The notes beneath the pieces were generated by a model, which made no database searches, had not been told where the DNA came from, and was given only the letters and a program-made list of their open reading frames with translations. The position numbers and the translations under genes were made by a program. Positions 29,812 through 39,608 of a DNA stretch of 64,000 bases are shown here, one piece after another. Numbering within the stretch: the stretch's first letter is position 1; the number at the start of each line of letters is the position of its first letter. The DNA comes from Thermoplasmatota archaeon (GTDB lineage: Archaea; Thermoplasmatota; Penumbrarchaeia; Penumbrarchaeales; EX4484-36), in NCBI GenBank assembly GCA_029932465.1, contig JAOZQA010000003.1, forward strand, positions 6,477-70,476. The letters are read 5' to 3'.

Positions 29812-30635
29812 AGGCAGAGGAGGTCTACGTGGGAATACTTAGAATGGAGGGTACCAACTGCGAGCAGGAAATGTATGAAAGCTTTTTGAGGGCGGGAGCC
29901 ACCCCCGAGCTGGTTCACATAAAGCAACTTGAAGGGAAGGTATCGTGGCCCGAGGAGAGGAGGAGCCTGGAGGACTACCATATTATAATGATCCCGGGGG
30001 GCTTCTCCGCCGGAGACTACATAAGGGCGGGAGCTATCTTCGCAGCGAGGCTGAAAGCTTCACTCGGAAACGAGCTCAGGAGGTTCGTTGAGGAGGGGAG
30101 GCTTATCGGGGGGGTGTGTAATGGCTTTCAGATACTTGTGGAACTGGGCCTCCTCCCTGGGATAGGAGATATAATGACCGAGCATCCGCAGGCAGCCCTC
30201 ATCACTAACGATTCCGGGGTATTTGAATGCCGCCCCACTCTGGTCAAGCACGCTGGGGGGGGAAAGAGTGCTTTCACGCACCTGATACCCCCTGGGGAGA
30301 TTCTCCAGATACCTGTGGCCCACGCCGAGGGCAAGTTCGTTGTGGAGAGTGAGTCCATCCTTGACGAGATGCTCCAGAACGAGCAGGTGGTCTTTCGCTA
30401 TGTGAACAAGGAGGGGAGCTATGCGGGATATCCCTGGAACCCCAACGGTTCGGTGCTCAGCATTGCAGGGATAATGAACCCCACAGGGAATGTTTTTGGT
30501 ATGATGCCCCATCCGGAGAGGGTATACTTCAGGTACAATCACACAACGTGGCCCCGGGAGGGGCTTCCGACAGAGGAAGGTGACGGGGCGGCAATCTTCC
30601 GCTCCGCTGTTGAATACGTGAGGAGAAGGTTCTAA
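29808..30635 (+). CDS. purQ: Phosphoribosylformylglycinamidine synthase subunit PurQ
   Basis: GTNCE, PGGFS.GDY, GVCNGFQ, AHAEG, NPNGS and MMPHPER. GTGA overlap with the purL stop. Confidence 0.97.
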   Translation: MKAEEVYVGILRMEGTNCEQEMYESFLRAGATPELVHIKQLEGKVSWPEERRSLEDYHIIMIPGGFSAGDYIRAGAIFAARLKASLGNELRRFVEEGRLIGGVCNGFQILVELGLLPGIGDIMTEHPQAALITNDSGVFECRPTLVKHAGGGKSAFTHLIPPGEILQIPVAHAEGKFVVESESILDEMLQNEQVVFRYVNKEGSYAGYPWNPNGSVLSIAGIMNPTGNVFGMMPHPERVYFRYNHTTWPREGLPTEEGDGAAIFRSAVEYVRRRF

Positions 30636-30707
30636 AGAAGGGTGGCAATCTCAAGAGGGGTTAGATGATGAAAAGAGGGTCAGATGAGCTGAAAGCGGTG
30701 ATTGGCC

Positions 30708-32633
30708 CTATGAGTGCTGATAACCCCCTTCTGCCCCCTTAAGTTCTATCCTGAATGTCGCACCCCCATTGGTCCCCTCTACAAGTTCGATCCTTCCTCC
30801 ATATCTCTCTACTGCCTTTTTGGCAAGATAGAGGCCGAGCCCTGTCCCACCCCTCTTCCCGTAGGAGAATCCTTCTTCAAAGATTCTTTCCTTGATCTCC
30901 GATGGAATCCCCTTGCCATCGTCGCGGACTGTTATTTTGTACATGCCATTATCGCCGGGCCTTACGATCACGTCAACCCTCCTCGCACTGCCATGGATTA
31001 TGGAGTTGTGAACAAGGTTCTGAAAGAGCGAAATTATGCCCTCGTCCGCCATCACCGTGGCATCGCCGTCAAGGGATATCTCCACGCTATACATCCCCCG
31101 AATCTCCTTCAGAACCTCTGAGATGGTAATATGTTTCAGTCCTTCTCCTTTCCCTGCCAGAGATTCAAGGCTCCTCATCTCTTCTATAAGACTCTCTATC
31201 CTTTCCATGGTGGTCTTCATCTTGTCAAGATAATTGGGATTGCCTTTGGACATATACAGGTCCAGATACCCTCTAAGAACGGTAGTCTGATTTAGAATGT
31301 CATGCCTTAGGGTCTTTGTAATAACTTTAAGCGAGCCATACGCTGCCTGCAGCTCGTTGTTCATCCTTTCGACGCTCTCCAGCAGTCTTTGATGTCTCAG
31401 AGCCATGGAAGCTGATGGAAGCAAGTCGGGTAGAATTGCTATATTCTTTTGAAGGCCTGCTGAATCCTTTTTCGAAAGGAGGAATATGGCACCTAAAAGC
31501 TTCCCCTCTGCCAAAAGTGGCGCGGCCAACATGCTTCTGTAGCCCAGACTCTTGATGATGGAAAGGAGGTTGCTGCGGCATTGAAGATTATTAATATCCT
31601 CCACCAATGCAGTCTGGCCCATCAGAAGACCTCTTAAATGGTAGCAGTCTGAAAGGCTCATGCTTATCCCGTCGACCTTCTGGGCATCTTCTTCGGGACC
31701 TGAGATGGCTACGACCTTAAGCTTCTTTTCATCTTCTCCAGATGCTGTGATGAAGACGAGGTCTCCCGTAAGGAGGGATCTGAGGTGCTGCAGCAAAGTG
31801 TTGTACATCCCTTTCGTGGATTCGGCAGATAGCAGATAGAGGGTGATTTCATTAATGGCTCTTCTTTTGAGAAGCTCCCTCTCTATGGCCTTCTCGTTCT
31901 TTCGCTGATCGGTCACATCAATACCGGTGCCGATGATATACGTTACTTTCCCCTCCTCATCGGCAATGAAAGTGTTTCTCCAGCTTATCAGTCTTCTCTC
32001 TCCGGACTTTGTCACCCAGTGATTTTCATACTCGCTTGGAAGAGAGGCTTCTTGAAGGTTGGAGAAGACCCTCCTTACGCCTTCCCTCTCATCTTCGGGT
32101 ATGAGAAGCTCGAAGAGGGATTTCCCTCTAACTTCACTCCCCTTGTATCCAGTAAGCTCTTCACACGCCCTATTGAAGAGGGTTATTCTACCCTCCCGAT
32201 CGAGAACAACAACCAAGGCGCCTACGACCTCCAGTATGCTCTTCAGAAGGTTCCTTTCACGGCTCAGCTCAATCTCTGCTACTTTCCCGTCAGTCATATC
32301 AAGAATTATATGGAGAGTGCCAGAGGGTCTTCCATCCTTTCCCGATATGGGTACGGTAATCACTTCCATGTACATGCCGTATTCTTTTTCATACATGACC
32401 TCCTGAACGGAATCTCCGCTGGATATGGATCTTACGTGGGGACACTCTGGTATGGGCTCAGAGGTTCTGTGAATGACCTCATAACACTTTCTGCCCACTA
32501 CGTTCTCTCCAAAGAGCTCCTTGAACCTCTTGTTCGCATAGAGAATCCTGAAATCCGCGCTGTGAAGGGATACAGGAAAGGGTAGATATTCCATGATATT
32601 CAATAGCAGTCCCCCGATATCGCTCTCCTGCAT
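30708..32633 (-). CDS. Cytoplasmic PAS-PAS-GAF sensor histidine kinase
   Basis: Two PAS/PAC domains and a GAF ('SMLAAPL...GKLLGAI'). H-box LRHDILN, N-box 'NLVHNSIIHG', 'DDGKGI', 'IFEEGF' and 'GTGLGL'. No TM helix. Confidence 0.92.
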   Translation of the reverse strand: MQESDIGGLLLNIMEYLPFPVSLHSADFRILYANKRFKELFGENVVGRKCYEVIHRTSEPIPECPHVRSISSGDSVQEVMYEKEYGMYMEVITVPISGKDGRPSGTLHIILDMTDGKVAEIELSRERNLLKSILEVVGALVVVLDREGRITLFNRACEELTGYKGSEVRGKSLFELLIPEDEREGVRRVFSNLQEASLPSEYENHWVTKSGERRLISWRNTFIADEEGKVTYIIGTGIDVTDQRKNEKAIERELLKRRAINEITLYLLSAESTKGMYNTLLQHLRSLLTGDLVFITASGEDEKKLKVVAISGPEEDAQKVDGISMSLSDCYHLRGLLMGQTALVEDINNLQCRSNLLSIIKSLGYRSMLAAPLLAEGKLLGAIFLLSKKDSAGLQKNIAILPDLLPSASMALRHQRLLESVERMNNELQAAYGSLKVITKTLRHDILNQTTVLRGYLDLYMSKGNPNYLDKMKTTMERIESLIEEMRSLESLAGKGEGLKHITISEVLKEIRGMYSVEISLDGDATVMADEGIISLFQNLVHNSIIHGSARRVDVIVRPGDNGMYKITVRDDGKGIPSEIKERIFEEGFSYGKRGGTGLGLYLAKKAVERYGGRIELVEGTNGGATFRIELKGAEGGYQHS

Positions 32634-32757
32634 GCTACATCCTTCCTAAACAAAGAAAAAAGATATAGAAACCGCTATAAAAACCTTGACCCATGGGTTC
32701 CCCAGGGGATTTTAAAAACTGCAACCTTCTTAAGGGATAGAAGCATAGCATACCATC

Positions 32758-33513
32758 ATGGAAGACGATAGCAGTGTACTTCAGGAGAGGATAGGGGAGG
32801 CCGCCGAGATTATAAGAAGAAGGGGCCCTGCACTCGTCCTCACGGGCGCTGGGATCTCCATAGACTCCGGAATACCGCCTTTCAGAGGCCCCGGAGGCCT
32901 ATGGGAAAGGTATGACCCGGAGGAGTACGGCCATATAGAGGTTCTGAAGAGAGACCCAGAGAAGGCCTGGATCATGCTGAGGGACATGCTCACGACAATT
33001 CTAAAGGCTAGACCTAACGAGGCCCACTACGCCCTGGCAGAGCTGGAGAGGGCAGGATTCATCTCTTATGTGGTTACACAAAACGTTGATGGCCTCCATG
33101 AAATGGCTGGGAGCAGGAGAGTTCTTAACTTCCACGGCGGGGGAAGGTACCTCTACTGCATGAAGTGCTCCTCTCGCAGGGAGCTTGAGAGCGTGGAGGA
33201 TATAGACCCCATAAAATGTACCTGCGGCGGGTACTTCAGGCCCCCTTACGTCTTCTTCGGAGAGCCCATACCCCATGAAGTTCTCAGCCGCTCCTTTATT
33301 GAGGCCACAAGGGCCGATGTCATACTTGTGATAGGAACCTCTGCCGGTGTCTATCCTGCGGCACAGCTCCCTTATGAAGTCAAAAGGCATGGTGGAGTTG
33401 TAGTGGAGGTAAACCCCTCTCCCACACCACTGACAGGGACCATAACGGATATTTTCATACAGTCTGGTTCCAGCGACGCGCTGGTAAAGCTCAAAGAGTA
33501 CCTACTGGGATAA
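32758..33513 (+). CDS. cobB: NAD-dependent protein deacylase (Sir2/CobB)
   Basis: LTGAGIS.DSGIP.FRG, TQNVDGLH..AGS, HG, Zn cysteines, 'FGE' and 'GTS..VYPAA'. Confidence 0.95.
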   Translation: MEDDSSVLQERIGEAAEIIRRRGPALVLTGAGISIDSGIPPFRGPGGLWERYDPEEYGHIEVLKRDPEKAWIMLRDMLTTILKARPNEAHYALAELERAGFISYVVTQNVDGLHEMAGSRRVLNFHGGGRYLYCMKCSSRRELESVEDIDPIKCTCGGYFRPPYVFFGEPIPHEVLSRSFIEATRADVILVIGTSAGVYPAAQLPYEVKRHGGVVVEVNPSPTPLTGTITDIFIQSGSSDALVKLKEYLLG

Positions 33514-33522
33514 GTTTTCTGG

Positions 33523-33535
33523 GAAATGTATAAAT
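33523..33535 (+). promoter_or_regulatory. BRE/TATA promoter of the por/ior operon
   Basis: GAAATG-TATAAAT lies ~120 nt upstream of the first start codon, implying a ~100-nt leader. Confidence 0.5.
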
Positions 33536-33656
33536 TTCTTAATCCTATTACCCCATGCCCCCCAGGAGAGGTCCCGGCGGAGGGCTGTAAGGGGGCGAGC
33601 GTTTCTTTGTAGCAAGGAGAGGAGAGAAAAAACCCCATGAGATGGAGGAGCAGAAG

Positions 33657-34220
33657 ATGATGGAGATACGTTTTCATGGCAGAGGCGGCCAAGGTGCGGT
33701 GGTTGCCTCAAGGATTCTCGCAGCGGCAGCCTTTCTGGAGGGGAAGGACGTACAGGCCTTTCCCTTCTTCGGCGTTGAAAGACGCGGAGCCCCCGTGACA
33801 GCCTTCACCAAGATCGATGAGAAGCCTATACGGATAAAGTCGGAAATAGATGAGCCTGATTACGTCATTGTCATGGACACCGCCCTTCTCAGCGCTGTAG
33901 ATGTAACGCAGGGGCTGAAAAAGGGAGGGCTTGTCCTCATAAATACCGAGAAGAGCGCTGAGGAGATACACGAGATACTTGGCGCGGAAAAGGTCGCTGT
34001 TGTTGATGCCACTGAGATAGCAATACGCAATCAACTTGGGACGAAAGTACAGCCCATAGTAAATACGGCCCTAGTAGGGGCCTTTGCCAGAGCATCGGGA
34101 ATAGTAAAACTGGACTCCGTTGTACAGGCCATAGGGAGCGAGGTACCTAGGAACCCTGAGAGGAACCAGCAGGCGGCCCGTGATGCCTACGAATCAACAG
34201 TGGTTATGGAATTCTCATAA
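33657..34220 (+). CDS. porC: Pyruvate/2-oxoacid:ferredoxin oxidoreductase gamma subunit
   Basis: '[11 protein letters not shown]', '[13 protein letters not shown]'; SD GGAGGAG. Confidence 0.93.
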   Translation: MMEIRFHGRGGQGAVVASRILAAAAFLEGKDVQAFPFFGVERRGAPVTAFTKIDEKPIRIKSEIDEPDYVIVMDTALLSAVDVTQGLKKGGLVLINTEKSAEEIHEILGAEKVAVVDATEIAIRNQLGTKVQPIVNTALVGAFARASGIVKLDSVVQAIGSEVPRNPERNQQAARDAYESTVVMEFS

Positions 34221-34233
34221 GGAGGTGCGAAGT

Positions 34234-34548
34234 TTGATACCCTATGACAAATTGCCCCATACGCCCATAGCAAGCGTAAATTCCGTTGTGGTGAAGACCG
34301 GTGCCTGGAGGACCTTCAAGCCGGTCATAAATTACGAGAAGTGCATCAGGTGTATGATCTGCTGGAAATTCTGCCCCGACGTCTCTATCAGACTCGAAGA
34401 CGGTAGCAGCTATCCAGCACAGAGCGAGAGGATCAAGGAGACCATAAAAGAGGCACCGGTTATAGATTACGACCATTGCAAGGGATGCGGAATCTGTGCA
34501 GAGGAGTGCCCTACGAAGGCCATAGAGATGGTCCCGGAGGAGAAGTGA
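34234..34548 (+). CDS. porD: Pyruvate/2-oxoacid:ferredoxin oxidoreductase delta subunit (2x[4Fe-4S])
   Basis: 'KTGAWRTFKP', CIRCMICWKFCP and CKGCGICAEECP. TTG start after GGAGGTG. Confidence 0.93.
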   Translation: MIPYDKLPHTPIASVNSVVVKTGAWRTFKPVINYEKCIRCMICWKFCPDVSIRLEDGSSYPAQSERIKETIKEAPVIDYDHCKGCGICAEECPTKAIEMVPEEK

Positions 34549-34558
34549 GGTTGATACG

Positions 34559-35755
34559 ATGGTAAGGATGCTTCTTACCGGAAATAAGACGACCGCTTAT
34601 TCTGCGATGAGGTCAAGGGTTCAAGTGGTCTCCGCCTACCCGATCACCCCCCAGACCACCATAGTTGAACACATTGCTGAGTTCATCGCTGACGGACTTA
34701 TGAAAGCAGAATACATCCAGGTGGAGTCGGAACACTCCGCCATGGCCGCCGCGATAGCCGCTTCCAATACCGGCGCCAGGGCCTTCACTGCTACCTCCGC
34801 CCACGGGCTTCTCCTGATGCATGAGATGTTGCACTGGGCCACGGGTGCAAGGCTCCCCGTGGTCATGGTCAACGTGAACAGAGCCTTAGGGCCCCCATGG
34901 TCGGTTTGGGCGGATCATCTGGATTCCATCTCACAGAGGGACACCGGCTGGATGCAGTATTATGTGGAGAATAACCAGGAGATCTTCGACACGGTGATTA
35001 TGGCCTATAAGGTATCGGAGAGACCTGACATCATGCTTCCGTCCATGATATCCCAGGACGCTTTCTACCTCTCTCATACTGTAGAACCCGTTGATATTGT
35101 GGAACAAGAGGTTGTGGACAACTACCTTCCCCCCTACGACCCACCCTACAGACTTGACGTCAATAATCCGGCGGGGTTTGGTTCACTTGTGATGCCCAAC
35201 CACTACTACGAGTTCCGCTACAAGATAGCCGAGGCCATGGAGAAGGCTAAGAAGTACATAAAGGAAGCAGCTGAGGAGTGGTACGAGATTACTGGCAGGG
35301 ACTACAGAGGACTTCTCGATTGCTACAGGTGCGAGGATGCTGACGTGGTCCTCTTCGGTGCAGGGACCATGATGTCCACTGCAAAGGAAGTCGTGGACTG
35401 GATGAGAGCCGAAGGAAAGAAGGTAGGTGTAGCTAGGATCAGAGTCTTCAGGCCCTTCCCGGGGGAGGACGTCAGGAAGGTCGCTGATGGGGCGGCTGCT
35501 ATAGGCGTCATGGACAGGGCATACGGGTTCGGCCGGGGCGGGGCCTTTTTCAATGAGGTCAACTCCGCCCTCTACAACCATCGAAATCGTCCACCCACAA
35601 AGAACTATATCATCGGCTTAGGTGGCAGGGATGTGAAACCAAGACATATAAGGGCCATATTCAATGACCTCCTGAAGGTGAAAGATGAAGGATTGGATGA
35701 GGAGTTCCGGTGGTTTGGCTTAAGAAGGGAGAACATGCCAGAGGAGGAGATATAA
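34559..35755 (+). CDS. porA: Pyruvate/2-oxoacid:ferredoxin oxidoreductase alpha subunit
   Basis: AYPITPQT, VESEHSA, 'FTATS..GL.LMHE', 'RPFP' and 'GLGGRD'. Confidence 0.93.
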   Translation: MVRMLLTGNKTTAYSAMRSRVQVVSAYPITPQTTIVEHIAEFIADGLMKAEYIQVESEHSAMAAAIAASNTGARAFTATSAHGLLLMHEMLHWATGARLPVVMVNVNRALGPPWSVWADHLDSISQRDTGWMQYYVENNQEIFDTVIMAYKVSERPDIMLPSMISQDAFYLSHTVEPVDIVEQEVVDNYLPPYDPPYRLDVNNPAGFGSLVMPNHYYEFRYKIAEAMEKAKKYIKEAAEEWYEITGRDYRGLLDCYRCEDADVVLFGAGTMMSTAKEVVDWMRAEGKKVGVARIRVFRPFPGEDVRKVADGAAAIGVMDRAYGFGRGGAFFNEVNSALYNHRNRPPTKNYIIGLGGRDVKPRHIRAIFNDLLKVKDEGLDEEFRWFGLRRENMPEEEI

Positions 35756-36667
35756 ATGGTGAAGCTGACCATTCCTGAGATCGAACTGATGTCCCCGGGG
35801 CATACGGGTTGCCAGGGTTGCGGAGCCACAATAGCCATGAGATATGCCCTCAAAGCCCTGGGAGAGAAGACCATAGTGTCAATTCCAGCATGTTGCTGGG
35901 CGGTGATGCCGGGGGTCTGGCCCAACAACTGCATGAGGGTCCCGCTCCTCTATACCGCTTTTGAGACCACAGGGGCGTCTATATCCGGTATAAAGGCGGC
36001 ACTTCGAGCCCTGGGGGAGGAGGATGTGACCGTTATGGGGTGGGCTGGAGACGGCGGCACAGCAGACATTGGAATGCAGGCCCTCTCCGCAGCAGCAGAG
36101 CGGAACGAGGATGTGATATACGTTATGTACGACAACGAGGCCTACATGAACACGGGGATCCAGCGCTCCGGGGCGACGCCTTTGGGGGCGTGGACGACGA
36201 CCACTCCGGTGGGTAAGACCAAGTTCTGGGAGAGGAGACCCAAGAAGCCGATGGTAGACATTGTGGCCGCTCATAAGGTCCCCTACGCCGCCACGCTCTC
36301 CATAGGCTACCCGGAGGACTTCGTGAAGAAGATGAAGAAGGCCAAAGAGATAAGTGGCTTCAGGTTCCTTCATATTTACTCCCCCTGCCCTACGGGATGG
36401 AAATCACCCCCGCAGTACACTCCGAAACTGGCAAAGCTAGCAGTCACCTCACGTGCCTTCCCCCTCTACGAGGTGGAAGAAGGCATCTACCGCGTAACTA
36501 TGAAGCCCAAGAAGACCCCCTTGAAGGAGTACCTCATGCTCCAGGGAAGGTTCAGGCATTTAACTGATGAGGACATGAAGGAGCTGGAGAGGGATATTGA
36601 AAGACGCTGGAAGGAGCTTCTGCTCAAAGAAGAGATGACCGCAAAACTGGAGGAATTGAATGAGTGA
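35756..36667 (+). CDS. porB: Pyruvate/2-oxoacid:ferredoxin oxidoreductase beta subunit
   Basis: 'GH.GC.GCG', TPP motif 'GDGG..DIG...DNEAYMNTG.QRS' and 'SPCPTGW'. Confidence 0.93.
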   Translation: MVKLTIPEIELMSPGHTGCQGCGATIAMRYALKALGEKTIVSIPACCWAVMPGVWPNNCMRVPLLYTAFETTGASISGIKAALRALGEEDVTVMGWAGDGGTADIGMQALSAAAERNEDVIYVMYDNEAYMNTGIQRSGATPLGAWTTTTPVGKTKFWERRPKKPMVDIVAAHKVPYAATLSIGYPEDFVKKMKKAKEISGFRFLHIYSPCPTGWKSPPQYTPKLAKLAVTSRAFPLYEVEEGIYRVTMKPKKTPLKEYLMLQGRFRHLTDEDMKELERDIERRWKELLLKEEMTAKLEELNE

Positions 36668-38555
36668 GGATATCACCATGGACGAGCCTGGCAGGAGACT
36701 TCTCCTTCTAGGCAACGAGGCCATAGCAAGGGGGGCGATAGAAGCAGGGGTTCAGGTTGCAGCCACATACCCCGGGACGCCCTCCTCCGAGATAGGCAAC
36801 ACCCTTCACAGGGTCGCGAAGAGGGCGGGGATCTATTTTGAGTTCTCCACGAACGAGAAAGTGGCTATGGAGGTGGCTGGTGCCGCTGCTACGGCTGGGG
36901 TGAGAAGCCTTACCTTCATGAAGCATGTGGGCTTGAACGTGGCTTCGGACCCCTTCATGACAGTGGTCTACACAGGAGTGAGGGGGGGCCTGGTGGTGGT
37001 AACGGCGGACGACCCCCACGCCCACTCTTCACAGAACGAGCAGGACAACCGCTATTACGCACGCCTCTCGGGGGCCCCCATGGTGGAGCCCTCCCTCCCG
37101 CAGGAAGCTAAGGACCTTCTTCTCTACGCCTATGACATCTCAGAGAAATACGAGATACCTGTCCTCTACCGGACCACAACGAGGCTCAACCACGCCCGGG
37201 GGGACGTTGCTCTGGGTCCGATAAGGAGGGAGAGAAGAAAGCCGAAATGGGAGAGGGATATCTCAAGGTTTGTGGTCGTGCCCGCTAACGCAAGAGTACG
37301 CCATGCCGAGCTTCTGAAGAAGATGGAGGCCCTTCAGGCGGAGGCAGAGCGGTGCCCCTTCAATCGGGTGGAGGTGTTCGGAGATGGGGAGAGAAGAGTG
37401 GGAATCATAACCTCTGGGGTCTCTTACAATTACGTGAGGGAGGCCCTTCAGAAGAGCACCTTCGGCACCTGTATCTCCGTCCTCAAACTCACCTTCACCT
37501 ACCCTCTTCCCGTCAGCACGATATATGACTTCATGAAGGACAAAGACACTGTTATCGTAGTTGAGGAGCTTGAACCGGTCCTTGAGACGGACATCAAAGC
37601 CCTCGCCAAGGAAATGGAACTCACTGTCCCAATCCTAGGGAAGAGGGACGGCTACTTCCCGCGCGCACTTGAGTTTAATCCCGATATAGTATACTCAGGG
37701 ATAGCGGCGGCCCTTGGTGAGGAGGTGAGTCTGGAGAGGATAGATTGGAAGGAGATTCCCCTGCCAACACGCCCACCAGCCCTCTGCCCCGGTTGTCCTC
37801 ATAGGGGAACCTATTATGCCGTCAAGAAGGCTACTGGTGGTAAGGGTGTCTTCCCCACAGACATTGGCTGTTACACCCTTGGAATACAGCCCCCCTACCA
37901 GTTAGGGGACCTTCTATTCTGCATGGGCTCCTCCACAGGCACCCCTGGGGGCTTCTACAGGGCTCTCGGGGAGGACTCAGGCCCAATAATATCTTTCATA
38001 GGAGATTCCACATTCTTCCATACAGGGATCCCTGGGTTGATCAATGCCATTCATAATCGCCACAGGTTTGTTCTCGTCATCATGGACAATGCTACAACTG
38101 CTATGACTGGCCATCAACCCCACCCGGGTCTCCCCGTGGACGGTATGGGGGAACACGCTCCAGTGGTCTCCATTGAAAAGGTGGTGAAGGCCCTAGGAGT
38201 GGGCTTTGTCAAGGTGGTAAACCCCTTGAAGCTGGATGAGACTACAGAGGTCATCAAAGAGGCGATTGAGTACTCTAAGGAGAACGGTGTGGCAGTTGTG
38301 ATAACCCGATATCCATGTGCTCTGCTCATCTTGAGGGAATACCGCCGCACCGGCAGGAAGGTCCCCCTCTGGCAGGTCGAGCAGGAGAAGTGCACCCGCT
38401 GCGGCATCTGCACGAAGGCTTTCGCCTGCCCCGCCTTCTGGGTGGATGAGGAGAACTATCCACACATAGACCCTGCACTCTGTGCCGGCTGCGGTGCATG
38501 TGAGCAGGTCTGTCCCTTTGGAGCAATCAAACCGGTTAAGGAGGTGGAAGAATGA
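36660..38555 (+). CDS. iorA: Indolepyruvate:ferredoxin oxidoreductase alpha subunit
   Basis: LLGNEAIARGA, YPGTPSSEI, NEKVA.E, MKHVGLNVA.D, SSQNEQD, RPP.LCPGCPHR, GDSTFFH and a C-terminal ferredoxin. Confidence 0.96.
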   Translation: MSEDITMDEPGRRLLLLGNEAIARGAIEAGVQVAATYPGTPSSEIGNTLHRVAKRAGIYFEFSTNEKVAMEVAGAAATAGVRSLTFMKHVGLNVASDPFMTVVYTGVRGGLVVVTADDPHAHSSQNEQDNRYYARLSGAPMVEPSLPQEAKDLLLYAYDISEKYEIPVLYRTTTRLNHARGDVALGPIRRERRKPKWERDISRFVVVPANARVRHAELLKKMEALQAEAERCPFNRVEVFGDGERRVGIITSGVSYNYVREALQKSTFGTCISVLKLTFTYPLPVSTIYDFMKDKDTVIVVEELEPVLETDIKALAKEMELTVPILGKRDGYFPRALEFNPDIVYSGIAAALGEEVSLERIDWKEIPLPTRPPALCPGCPHRGTYYAVKKATGGKGVFPTDIGCYTLGIQPPYQLGDLLFCMGSSTGTPGGFYRALGEDSGPIISFIGDSTFFHTGIPGLINAIHNRHRFVLVIMDNATTAMTGHQPHPGLPVDGMGEHAPVVSIEKVVKALGVGFVKVVNPLKLDETTEVIKEAIEYSKENGVAVVITRYPCALLILREYRRTGRKVPLWQVEQEKCTRCGICTKAFACPAFWVDEENYPHIDPALCAGCGACEQVCPFGAIKPVKEVEE

Positions 38556-39160
38556 AGGCCACTACCGTTGAGATAGTGGGCGTTGGCGGTCAGGGGGCCC
38601 TTTTCGTCGCCGGCATAATAGGTAACGCTGCCATTGAAGACGGCTTGCACGTCCTTATGTCTGAGATTCACGGAATGGCTCAGAGGGGTGGGGTGGTTTC
38701 CACCGTCATAAGGATAGGGGAGGAGGTCCACTCCCCCCTCTCTTTTTCCGACGATGTGGACGTACTTCTCGGCTTCGAACCAGTGGAGGTCTATCGTGCT
38801 CGGGGGAGGCTCTCTAAGAAGACCGTTGTGATCATGAGTACAGACAGGGTAGTGCCCTTCACGGTGACAGCGGGATTGCAGGAGTACCCCTCGGTGGAGG
38901 AGGTTGTGGAGGAGATAAAGAGCAGGATACCTAACGTAATTACGCTCTCCTCAAGGGAGCTTGCCCTCAAGGCGGGAAATGCCCTAACCCAGAACGTTGT
39001 CATGCTGGGCGCCTTAAGTGCGTGCGGGCTTCTCCCAATCAAAAGGGAGACCCTGATAGAGACCCTGAAGAAGAGAGTGAAGAGGAACTACGTCGATGTC
39101 AACCTTCGGGCATTTGAACTTGGAGAGGAAATGATGCGCGGCTGCGAGATAAAAAGGTGA
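38552..39160 (+). CDS. iorB: Indolepyruvate:ferredoxin oxidoreductase beta subunit
   Basis: GVGGQG, SEIHGMAQRGG and 'N..AFELG'. Confidence 0.95.
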   Translation: MKATTVEIVGVGGQGALFVAGIIGNAAIEDGLHVLMSEIHGMAQRGGVVSTVIRIGEEVHSPLSFSDDVDVLLGFEPVEVYRARGRLSKKTVVIMSTDRVVPFTVTAGLQEYPSVEEVVEEIKSRIPNVITLSSRELALKAGNALTQNVVMLGALSACGLLPIKRETLIETLKKRVKRNYVDVNLRAFELGEEMMRGCEIKR

Positions 39161-39608
39161 ATACCCGCCAGAGCTCGAAGACTTAACATCTTTTCCAGCT
39201 CCTGACGAGAGGGTTCTGGGGGTATGTTTCATTATTTTATTCCTGAGAAGGTGTCTGTTGGCACCGCTTGCATTCCCTGGACGGAAACATCCTGGGGCTA
39301 TTTCACATTTCCGCATATGGTCCAGGGATGCCTGATTAAGGAACAATTTTAAGGGTGTAGCATCCACTGCAGTCTCCTGAAATAGGGAGGTGGTTAAGTT
39401 GACATCCTCACCCTCACAACAGAAAACTCCATATACTGTTGAAATCATACCTTCTTTAACGGTGCTTTGCAGGCACTGAGTAGGATGGTGTGTAGGGGAA
39501 GGTGGGGGGTGAGGGTTAAACGCAATTGGCATATAACTTTGCCAGATAAAGGGGTGAGTAAGGTATTGGAGGTGATGATAAGTACGTGTTAATATAAGAG
39601 GGGTAGGG

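Noticed and set aside
33555-33656. TPP riboswitch upstream of TPP-dependent oxidoreductases
   Set aside because: Lacks the CUGAGA and ACCUGAU core motifs; kept only as an unassigned hairpin.
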